Source of the DNA: the human T2T-CHM13v2.0 reference genome, Homo sapiens
Reading direction: 5' to 3' (one strand)
Assembly: GCF_009914755.1 (NCBI RefSeq)
Contig: NC_060937.1
DNA length: 64,000 nucleotides
Shown: positions 53,336 through 64,000 of the stretch, in pieces
Layout: each line of letters starts with the position of its first letter
How positions within the stretch are numbered: the first letter of the stretch is position 1
Notes under the pieces: model-generated
Database searches by the model: none
Told to the model about the DNA's origin: nothing
Seen by the model: the letters and a program-made list of their open reading frames with translations, nothing else
Program-made: the position numbers and the translations under genes

Positions 53336-54894
53336 AGTATTGGGTATCAGTCTTCACAGAAAGCTGAAAATAAGAATTGTAATCCTATATTCTATTCTAA
53401 GCTATAGTAACAAATCCATTTTAAATACATTAAGAGTATGCTGAAATTTTATGTTTTGGTTTAATAAATCTTAATTGTTCTCACAGATGATAAGTACATT
53501 TTCAAGTAACATGAGAACCACTGCCTCAAAATTGAAAATACTTCATTATACTTAATTCTAATGAGCAGTGTGATCAAATATCAACTTTTAGTTGGATTTT
53601 TGCTACTATCTTAAAAATGCATCTTGCATAATGTATAACAACATGGATTGGATCAAAAGGCATAATATTAACATCCAACTCTGTTGTTTATTCAAGTCAA
53701 TCTACTTATATATACAAATTTGATATTTACTTTTTAAAATATTTAACAGGCATAAGTGCCCATAAATCAGTTATGACAATCATTATTAAAACAATCAATA
53801 GTAAGGAATATGCATTAATTCAAATAATATTGATAGGCTCGTGAACCTGCATCAGTCTTCTGTGAAGTAAGAAAAATGAGACATCTTCAAAAAATCAATA
53901 TTTTTCTTTTTATGTCATTCACTTCAAGATTATCAATAATACATTACTTTTTTTACCTTATGTGTCAATGATCTAATTTTTAAATACAGGCATATTTACA
54001 TTTTAATGTAAAATGATAATCTGCAAGGAACTGAGAGGCTAAAAGTCATTTGATGAAAATATTTTTTGAAGTTTATTGCTTAAAACAAATATATATGCAT
54101 CTCTCTATATATGTTTTTACACAAACCCATAAACCTATATATATGTTTATGTTCTATTGTATATTTGTGTGCAGCAGTGTAAGAAAGCTGTCTTTTAAAG
54201 TGTTCCTTCACCTCCATGGAAAATGCTCGTTCATTTTATTCTGAAGGTAAATTGCATGAAGAAAATAACAAAAATCTCAGTACCCATCTTTTTTAGCACT
54301 TGTGAACCAGGACGTTATACAGGTATGTACTTAGGTAAAAATACAAAATGTGATATTACAGCACCCATTCATCAAAAAGGAAACATTTTAATTGGTTATA
54401 GGTGGAAAATATCTACTTGACAGTCAGTTTCTCACTTTCACATAAGTGCTTTGCTGCTTGGATGCCTAATCTTGTTTAGTGTAGGGAAAGTAATTTGACA
54501 TGAAAGTACCTAGATGGCTGCCGAAAATTAATTGCCAATTAAAAAAGAAAAATGTTTGTGCTACTCTATAAACAAGCCAACGTATAAACCTTTCAGTCTT
54601 GTTGCTTTATTTATGTCTTTATAGATCTGGTTTCAAGCTATTTGCATACAATTCACAAATTCATATTATAATTCTCCAGTATATTTATGATTTTATAGTT
54701 GTATATATTTTAGCTCCATGAGAAATATTTATTTCTGTATGCTTCTGTTGCTTATTATTTAACAAAAACATCACATTGCATTTGATAGTTTATGTGTCTT
54801 CTTTACACTAAGACATTTTTATTTGAAAAGGGAGAAAGAAGTACTTTACCACCACCAACAGACAGAGATTGAACACATGATTGTGTGTACATCA

Positions 54895-54950
54895 AACACA
54901 CACGTGCACACACACACACACACACACACACCATCACCACCACCACCACC
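54895..54950. repeat. (CA)n(CAC)n compound microsatellite
   Basis: Direct read. Confidence 0.9.
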
Positions 54951-57439
54951 ATAGAACCAATTAGAAAACAATTTAAAGAATATTCCAGACCCCTTTATCT
55001 CCATGTTGGTCTACAAAATATTGAGGCTACTAATTTTTTCAGAGGTAATAGGAGGCTATTCTATATGAAGGAAACTATTTTTGAGAAATTAAAGGATTCT
55101 GATAAGCTTAATACTTGTAAACTGTTAGCCATTTGAAAATCTGAATTGGCAAAAAGAGAAGCCATTCCAATTTTTAGCAGTGTCTCCTAAAAGGGGAAAG
55201 TTGGATTGAAGATAAAATCTCTAACTGTAATAATTAGAGAAAATCAAATGATAAGGGGAAAGTGCCAATATTCTAAAAATGTTAGAGAAATCAGTAATGA
55301 TACGTCTAGGTAATGTAGAGAAATATTAAAGAAATAAATGATATTTGAATCTAGATAGGCTATAAAGGATGATATCATATCCAGATGTGCCTGGCAATAT
55401 AAACTATAAAATAATATAAAAATAATAGACAAAATTCAATCCAGCTTTCTATGACATTGGGCTATATAATGCATAGGAGTACAAGTCATGTTACACAGGA
55501 CTGCTTCACTAACTTTAAAAGTCCCACTTTATATTTCCACCTAGTAAAGAATTACAATTTTGTTTTTGGAAATAACTAACAAAGACTTTTTGATTTTATA
55601 TTTGAACCATAGACTTGTAGGACCATGTTTATAATTAACCCTTGTAAGACTTAATATGTGCCACATCATCATACTTCCTATTTGAAATGTTGACAGCTTT
55701 CTCTGGTTGTGTAAAATTACCTGTGAGATAAAAGGTGGTCATTTATTACAGATCAAGCATTCATCACAGCTATCATACTGCACCTGGGGGGATAATGATG
55801 AAAATAATTTTTCCAAATAGTTTTCAAAAATAATAGCAGGAACTTCAGTATTTTACTTTGTTATTAAAAAAAAAAACAAGTTTCTTATTAAGAGTTAAAT
55901 AAAACAACATGTATTTTTTCACCTATATCAGCAAACTAGACCCAGCTCACTGGCTTTCTTAATTCTATTCAATTCATTATCTTTTGTACAGTCACTCCGA
56001 TTCCTAACAATGGGGTTATCTTTTCCTTGTTCTTATATTGAATTGGGGCACAGATTGAAGAAGAACAGATAGGACATATGCCAGAGATGTTACATCCCCA
56101 ATATCTCTCTCTTTAATGAGCGCCTCATCACTTCCAAACTGAGCTATTGCAAAAAGCAGCCAAGAATATATTTTAATATTGATTGATTTTTTACTATATG
56201 TCCTAGGCTCTGAGAACTGCCTTTACATATATTATTTCATTGGTTTTCTGCAAGATAGGTATTAATCACTCTAATACCATGAAAAAAGAATGCAATAAGA
56301 CCTTCTCAGTATGTTATTCCATCTTTGCATTTCTGGGTCTTCAGAACAGTTTCTTATTCTATGTCTCTCAGTCTTAATTCCTGTACTTTTAAAAATATAT
56401 TTTAAAAAAATATTGCAAAGGAAATAATTGCTTCCCACTCCCCAACTGTGTCTCAATAGAACATCTACTCCAAGAATCAATTTTACTCAAAAATTTGGAG
56501 GTAAATTCTGTATGTCTTTATACTATAATAATATATATATACTATTATATTGTATAAATACATATTTACATATATTTTAATAATGCAAACTTACATACAT
56601 TTTTGAGCCAAAAGAGATGCTTCAAATAAATTTCCAGCTTGAGTTGGTACTTTCTAGGTATGCGAAAAAGGTCTGTGGTATGGTGAACTTTTCACGAGCC
56701 TCTGCTTTCAGGCAGATCCGGTTGTGTGTTCCAGTTATAGAATATATGAAGGTACAAACTCTATTACTTCATATCTGTGAGTAATGCATTTATATTTAGG
56801 CAATTGAATCTGTAGCACTTAGAGTAATTTCCCATTGCTTAATGCCACATAATGTTAGCTGAATTAAAGAACAAATAAAAAAATGATTATTTGATTAATA
56901 TCAGTCTCCCTTATGAGGCTGAGCTTACGTGTAGGAGTAGCACTTGCTACTACTAATAAAACTCGCTGCTAATAAGACTCACTCTTTTGTTGCATTTCCA
57001 GGGTCTAGCTTGAAACTTGGTATAGGAAGCACCCTATAGGTTGAAGTGAGAAATGTTCACACGTGCACACACTCACAGAGAAACACCTATATCTTTACAT
57101 TTCATTTTGTTTATTTTTGCTTTTAGAATGATTTCCCTAAGAATATTTGTAAAAAACATTGCAAGTTATCTTACCCCAAGTAAACAATTTATCATACCAC
57201 TAACACAGCTAACATTCAAGTAGGAAGCCCATTGTATGCACATTTTGTTTTCATATGCTTTGCAGAATAGATGTTTCATGATGTTAATTAATATTAGAGC
57301 AAAATAAGTTCATGGGCAAATTGAAGGCATCTAGAAAAATTTTCGCATATTTGACATTTAACAAACTTATGATATATCTTATGTCTTGATGAAATATACG
57401 ATTTGAATCTTCTCACAGAGCAGATGCAGTCGAAGTAAG

Positions 57440-57660
57440 TCTGTGATTAGAATCAGAAAACTTTGATCTAGGTACTGAATATGCTACCATAAGCTATGTG
57501 TTCATATGTGAATTACTTAAACTCATTCAGCTTTTAGCTTTGAACCTGAAAAATACAATATTCCATGTATCAATCTCTCTGGGTGGTTGTGAGGAACAAA
57601 GAGGACAATGTGTGGCGAAATGCCTTGTAAACTATAAAACACTACATAAATATGTTGTTC
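57440..57660 (+). mobile_element. MIR
   Basis: ttagaatcagaaaac...ttacttaaactc...gggtggttgtgaggaac...tgccttgtaaactataaaacact. Confidence 0.65.
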
Positions 57661-58339
57661 TGTTAACTGTTGTTCCTGGCCAAGCACTCTCTGGACATTT
57701 GGACCAGTTATTCTGACAGATTTGACAGCTGAGCTTCACATGAAGGAGAAAGACTAACATGGACCCCCTCAGACACCTTTGCATTTAATCTTTCTAACTA
57801 CTACCGAATTGTCTGATGTAACAATGGAAACAAAGTCTCTCTTTGCTGTCAATTCCATTTTTTTTTCCAAATAGAAAAGAGCAACATCCTCCAAAAGTTA
57901 TCTGGCATCACTGCCCTCTGCCGTGCTAGATTATTTAGTATAGATTTGTGCTAACTTTGAATCAATCACATGTACATCTAATTGTTTCTCTTTACATACT
58001 ATCAACCTAAATTTTGTTGCTATTCTCCATGTTCAACATTTCTATTATGAATGAAGATGTGGTAACAAATCATTCTTAACATTTTAAAGATAGGAAAGTT
58101 TTAAAACAAAAACAACCTACTATTGTGGCGATGGCAAATATTTTTAAGGTGGTTGTTACTTAGTTTATATGAGTGACACATATATACTGGGGAATCTTCA
58201 CTGTCTTTGAAAATTAAGAATTTCTAAAAATTATATAGATAGGCTCCATTTCCAAAATAGCTTTACAGGTTGTGCTAGTTTTCTGTATCCTTTTTTACTC
58301 TTTCATAATTGCTTCTGGTGGCTCAATGTCAAATATGGA

Positions 58340-58341
58340 AT

Positions 58342-58378
<37 letters not shown>
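58340..58378. repeat. (TG)n microsatellite
   Basis: Direct read. Confidence 0.9.
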
Positions 58379-58381
<3 letters not shown>

Positions 58382-58612
58382 TCTGGAGTGTGTGTGTTGT
58401 ATCTGTGCGTGAGAACCATGATCATATGCAGATCACATTACTTTAAAGGTTATTATATACAAATTTACTTTTGTAAAGATTTTTTTCCTATTAGTTATAT
58501 GAATTTGGAAAATGCATCATTATACCAAAAGGAATAATGTTTTTAAATCCACAGGGTACAAATGAAGTACAGATGGTTGGTAACTTTTAATAATAAGATA
58601 TTTTAAAAATGT

Positions 58613-58910
58613 GGCTGGTCTCAGTAGCTCATGCCTGTAATCTCAGCGCATTGGGAGGCTGAGGCTGGCAGATTACTTGAGGCCAGGAATTCCAGACTAG
58701 CATGGCCAACATGGTGAAGCCCATCCCTACTAAAAATACAAAAAAAAGCCAGGCTTGGTGGTGCACACTTGTAGTCCCGGCTACTCAGAAGGCTGAGGCA
58801 GGAGAATCACTTGAATACGGGAGGGGGAGGTTGCAGTGAGCCAAGATCTCACCACTGCACTCCAGCCTGGGTGACAGAGTTAGACTCTGTCTCTAATAAT
58901 AATAATAATA
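58613..58910 (+). mobile_element. AluS (Sz/Sx-like) with a (TAA)n tail
   Basis: Full dimer; TSD at(a/g)ttttaaaa(a/t)tgt. Confidence 0.93.
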
Positions 58911-60319
58911 ATGTTTTAAAATTGTATTTCATAAAAATATAGTAACATTATTTATATCTGTGAATAACCGAGTTAAGCTACCACATGCCTTTAGACAAGC
59001 AACTTCGACTGAGGTAGCAGCAGACAAGCTATTTCAAACAATATTGTATTTTTCAGCTATCAACCATTAAAGGGGAGGCTGAATATTTTACATATGCTAT
59101 TTTAACTATCTTGAAGTAGACAGTAAAATTCAATTTAAACATTAAAACTATCTTTCCCTACTAAATAAACCATAGGTGTCCCCTACACTTCTGACACTAA
59201 TGTAATTATTATTAGCTTGCAATTCTTATCTGAGACAGTTATATAGATAAAGTAAGCCCTAAGTAACATTAAATCGGCCAATTTGACATTCTTCTCAGTA
59301 ATGACCCTGACATGGCTGTTTTGCTGCAGAATATGGGTATGATTAAGTAATAGCAGGTGGGTCTTTACTGACATTAGTTATTTGCTAGTTGCTTTTTCTT
59401 ACTTTAGATGAACTCTTTAAGACATAGATAATGGATATATATTAAATATTTTTGAAAATTCTAGAGAGTTTCATAAGGATATAGATGTAAATATGTAGAT
59501 ATATAGACTCCAGCCTATTTACAAAAAATATTTTATAATGATAGTTCATGAAATTGAAGTCTTGTATAAGCACCAATACTCAAATCTGTTTCATTCAGAC
59601 ATTTCTTTAATCTTCATTTGCAAGTTAGAGTTTTATCCATTGATAGCATGTTTTTAAAAAATATTCTATCATTATCCAAAGAATATTTCCCACACTCACA
59701 CTGGTATAATCTAATTTTTCATTATTCTTTATATGTAAAATGAAAATATTTATTAATAAAATATTATGAATTATATTAATAATCTATATATAAAATGGAA
59801 GTAATAATTATTGTATAATATTGTTATGATTAACATTTTTTAAAAAAGAAAGAGCCATATGAAATTACTTTGAAACAAATCATTTCTACTATAAATTGGA
59901 GGATTAGATTTCCTCTGTAGAACTCAAAGCAATTACCCAGGAACTGGATTAGCAGTAAGAAAGCCTCACTTTAATGGATATTGTTAGTGAATTCCCCAAT
60001 TAAGTAGGAGGTCCTGAGGTTGGAATTTAATTGCTCTGCTTATGAGCCACACCTCAGATACAGAGGCTTCAATTTTCACATATTATGTGTGTGAGGGTTG
60101 AGGTGAAAAAAATTGCCACACAACATACCCAATGAAGTAATTAGATTTGAGCACTGAAAACCACGCCCAATTTTAGACAAAAGTTTCTGAAATATTCTTT
60201 ATTTGGAACAATATATGAGCTAATTCCCACAAAATCTCAGACATCTGGACTTAAGTAAATGTTCTGGGTGTCCAGTGGTCTGGGAAATAACAAAATATTC
60301 CCTCCAAATTAGTCAATTT

Positions 60320-61110
60320 ATGTTTCAATAATTCTGCATAGTAGTCTCCAAAATCTCAGTAGCTTTCAACACCAGCATTTTTTTTTCCGTTTCTTTTTTT
60401 TTTTTTTTTGGTACACAGATCTGTGGAGTGGCTGCAGCACCTGTGTTCCAGCCTGAAGAATGGGCACAGGTCAGTTCTGCTTATGTTTCATTTTAGGACT
60501 GCTGTGGTTTGGATGTTTGTGCCCTCTGAACCTCATGCGGGAATTTGATCTCCAATGTGTTAATGTTGGGAGGTGGGGCTGGTGGACAGTGTTTGTGTCA
60601 GGTGGGTGGAACCCTCATGAATATGTCATCCCTGGGGGTGAGGGAGATTTCACACTATTCGTTTCTGGTAGAGCTGGTTATGAAAAAGTGCTTGACACTT
60701 CCCCACCTTCCCCTCTGTCCATGTGATCTCTTTGCACATGCAAAGAGATCCTCTTGTGCTTTCTGCCATGAACTGGAACAGCCAGAGGACCTCACCAGAT
60801 GCAGTTGTCTGGTCTTGAACTTTCCAGCCACCAGAATTATAAGCCAAGTAAACTTTTTAAATATATTATCCAGTTTTAGGTAGTCTGTTATTACCACACT
60901 AAATGGACTAAAACAAGGTCTAAGCTGAAGAAGCGATCACTATCTAAGGTATTTTTCTTTTTCACGGCACAGAGCAGGGCACCTAGAGTGTAAGCTAAAC
61001 CAGGCAAGTCCACAGAAGCATGTGTGAAGCTAACTCATCTTTCACTGGCCAAAGTAAATTATATGTCCAAGCCCAATGCCAGTGAGGCAGGGAATTATAC
61101 TACACCCACT
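60320..61110 (-). mobile_element. Old MLT1 (I/J-like) LTR split by an MST LTR
   Basis: ccaaaatctcagtagctttcaacacc...; ...cactggccaaagtaaattatatgtccaagcccaatg. Confidence 0.6.
60500..60915 (+). mobile_element. MST (C/D-like) solo LTR
   Basis: tgctgtggtttggatgtttgtgccctc...ctcaccagatgcag...aaatggactaaaaca; TSD aggac/aggtc. Confidence 0.88.
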
Positions 61111-61349
61111 ATAAACCATAGCAAGAGCAAAGGCAAAAGGAGAATTCTAAGCACATGATACCATCCAGTAAACGCTCAAAGGTGAAAGAGAATTCAGTGC
61201 ACCTGTGTACTACTTTACCACGACAAAATTGTAAAACTACTTGTGGCAAGTGTTTTAAGAGTTCAAAGGCAACATAAGACACATTCGATGATATGTATTT
61301 AAGATATTTAGTGGGTAATCTCAAAACTGCCATATTTCAGTCAGGCCAT

Positions 61350-61505
61350 TATTAGTAGACAATTCTCCATGGGTCTTTATGTCATGCAAGCAAGGCAATG
61401 ACTACCCTTTGTCCAGGATTATCTTTTAAAGGATTTTTGCATAGTAGACAGCCTTGGAAGATAGATGTAATGTCTCCCTGTGGAGTAAAAGGCAAGCATG
61501 CTTAA
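61350..61505 (+). mobile_element. LTR40-like ERV-L LTR 5' fragment
   Basis: agacaattctccatgggtct...cagccttggaagataga...tgtctccct...ggcaagcatgctta. Confidence 0.65.
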
Positions 61506-61599
61506 AGTTTAATATACATACGTGCTTGAACAACAAATTATTATTATTATTTCTTTTCAGAAAAATGTATATTCATTACTATTTATATTAAGGTTACTT

Positions 61600-61930
61600 T
61601 TCAGAATATATGTATTTATATATGTAAATCAAGCTTGTTAATTATGTTATTCAAATTACCTATACCCTTATAGATTTTTTTTGGTCTGCTTGATTTATCA
61701 ATTACTGTGACAGGTATATTAAATCATCCACTCTGATGGTACATTTGTCTATTTCTCTATGTGTTTATATCTTTTTTGTGCTGCATATTTTAATCATATG
61801 TTACTAAGTGCACAAAAGTTTAGAATTATAATATCTTTCTGTATAAATGCTTTTGCTATTATTTTGTGCCTCTCTTTATCTATAATAATATTCTTCATAT
61901 TAGTATCTTTTTTCCTGGATTTCTACAGTG
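61600..61930 (-). mobile_element. Ancient L1M ORF2 (EN) fragment
   Basis: tttttggtctgcttgatttatcaattactg...tattaaatcatccactctgat...tttgtctatttctc. Confidence 0.6.
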
Positions 61931-62209
61931 TCTGCTCACAAATTTACTTCTCTGGTTCTAAGTTTCCTGTTCTTGGAAACTAGTATGAAGAAATACTGCA
62001 GATGGTTCACAAAACCCTACGCAGATATTTATTTTGTACCAACAGTGACAATGTAACCTAGAAAATTGAAGTTGTGATGATAGCTCCTTCATTCTTACAT
62101 TTTCAGAAGTGGTAGAGTTTATAGCTCCCATAGGTAGGCAGTTCGGAAGCATTGCTCTGACAGTCATTTCTGGATATTATACTATATCACCCAACAATGT
62201 TAAACTTAA

Positions 62210-63090
62210 TTTCTTCTATTAAATTTCTTTCTTGTTAAACTATCTAGAGTAGATTTTATCTGTCATGAGACTCACATAACGCAGTAACTTACAGCACCAC
62301 TCTGGTGATAGGAATCTGGAATTGATTCCTGGTTGATCTCCATGGCAGTGATTAAATTATTTTCAAATAGAGTGCCAGTAACCTGTACATGCAGATTGCA
62401 AATGATTTGCTTAAATTATGATTCACAGTCCCTCTTTGGCAGACTGAATGGATGCTGCCATACCATCACACTGGAAATGAGGAATATAACACCATGAGGA
62501 AGAAAGGTTGTTTCACACACTGGTGAGTTTAAAGGGGCAGTAACATGATAGGCTTTAAGTCTTTTTTTTATTAAAAAAAAAAAAAAAGCCATGGTAGAAA
62601 GAAAAATATTTCTATGACCACTCTAAAAAAATTCAGAGCCAGATGCTCTGGGTTGAGAAATTACAACATACATAAAATTCACAAAATCTTCTAGTATCTT
62701 ATGCACTAATTAGAGTATTCATTGGTAAAGAGTTGGAGACTGATACTGAGAATGATGATATTTGAAATGATTTATTTGATTTAAATGACTCCCAAACTCC
62801 CACTCCCATGAAGCCTCACTTGCCCGCAGAGTCATGCCTTGCTTATAGACTCTGAAGGGGTTTTACCTCATGTCCACCTCCAACTGCCTGTCAGTGCTAA
62901 CAGGGCCTCTACTAAGGTCAGATTAAGCATGCTGAGTCCCAAAGGATCAGAACATTTACACACTATAAAAAAGATTATAATATTAATACATATATGGCAA
63001 AAAAATAAAAATTGTGGGTAAAAGTAATTTCTGGGAACACTAGACCAAAATAGAGATAACATGGTTTCAGATTGATTGAATTTACTGATA

Positions 63091-63092
<2 letters not shown>
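62210..63092 (+). mobile_element. Decayed ERV-L LTR end and gag remnant
   Basis: Resembles ERV-L gag RALIGKEWD (attagagtattcattggtaaagagttgg) and ...EFIDM (gaatttactgatatg). Confidence 0.5.
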
Positions 63093-63128
<36 letters not shown>

Positions 63129-63161
63129 TACCAGCCATGTGGTATATATTGTGGTATATAT

Positions 63162-63510
63162 AGTGCTGTCTGGCAAGAATATAATAAGAAACATACATGT
63201 ATTTTAATTTTCTAGTAGCCACATAAAAAGCACGAAGAAGTTAAAATTAATTTTAATATTTCATTTTTTAATATATTTAAAATATTTCAAAATATAATCA
63301 ATATAAAACTATTAATGATATATTTTCCTTTATTTTACTGTTCTTGCAACTCCAGCATGATTTTACATTTATACCCTATCTCAATTTCAGATGCTAGCTT
63401 TTTATCAGAAATACTTGATTTATTTACATATAATAAAACAAATTGAGAAAGTAGATTCAGATCCCCAGGATTTTCCAGATATAATTAAACATTTTTCAGT
63501 AACAGAAAAA
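63162..63510 (+). mobile_element. Charlie1/MER33 hAT DNA transposon fragment (orientation uncertain)
   Basis: gtgctgtc...ttttctagtagccacataaaaa...atctcaatttcagatgct...gaaatacttgat...gaaagtagattca. Confidence 0.75.
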
Positions 63511-64000
63511 AGAACAAAAATAACATTTTACGTCAATATTTGCATCTAGATTGAAAAAACTCCTTTTGACATCATCAGGGAAATATGATAGGTAGTTACT
63601 TCAAGAAAACCAGAATAGTCTACTATATATTTGAAAGGAAAGAAAGGAGGAAGAATGGAAAGAGGAAAGGAAGGAAGCAATAGAAGAAGAGGGGACAGGA
63701 GAAAGGGAGGGAGGAAGTGAGGAGATGCAAGAATGAAGGAATTAAGGAAAGAAAATAACAAGAGTAACAAAGGGTTTCTGGAAATTAACAATATTATCAA
63801 TATATAGCTAGAAAGAGATAAGAGAAAGAGATAAGTTTCAAGGGCCAGCTATTGATGTGAACAATAAACTGAAAACACATCCTAATATAAAGAGCCAAAG
63901 AAAAAAGAAAAAAGAAAGCAGACATAAGAGAAGAGTTAACAAGGAGATTTACTTCCAGTTGTTTAACAATTGCCTATGCTTCAGAGCTGAGAATGTGATA

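Noticed and set aside
63640-63770. Purine-rich GGAA/GAGG tract and an 84-aa Leu/Pro/Phe-rich ORF
   Set aside because: Low-complexity sequence; the ORF is a compositional artefact.

Overview
Primate (most likely human or great-ape) nuclear DNA. The evidence is AluJ/AluS, L1PA, LTR12/ERV9 and THE1/MST elements. It is AT-rich, gene-poor and dominated by interspersed repeats. I find no supportable host protein-coding gene, RNA gene or CRISPR array. Every recognisable ORF is a decayed L1 ORF1/ORF2 or ERV-L gag fragment, LTR sequence, or a microsatellite artefact. The main structures are: (1) two twin-primed (5'-inverted) L1s, one with an LTR12 inserted exactly at its 3' target-site duplication (TSD); (2) a ~17 kb nest in which one L2 appears split by an MLT1 provirus and by an ancient LTR16/HERV16 ERV-L provirus that keeps gag, integrase and dUTPase traces and itself holds an oppositely oriented ERV-L 5' end; (3) a MER57 ERV transcript apparently retroposed in trans by L1, with a poly(A)-derived tail and a 17-bp TSD; (4) a self-complementary 17-unit VNTR carrying CACAGTG heptamers; (5) a perfect 5-pentamer heat-shock element; (6) a 94-bp ungapped palindrome in otherwise unique DNA. 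Repeat subfamily names come from recalled consensus sequences, not from a search, and the boundaries of old elements are approximate. I cannot claim a new biological system; the findings are testable structural oddities.
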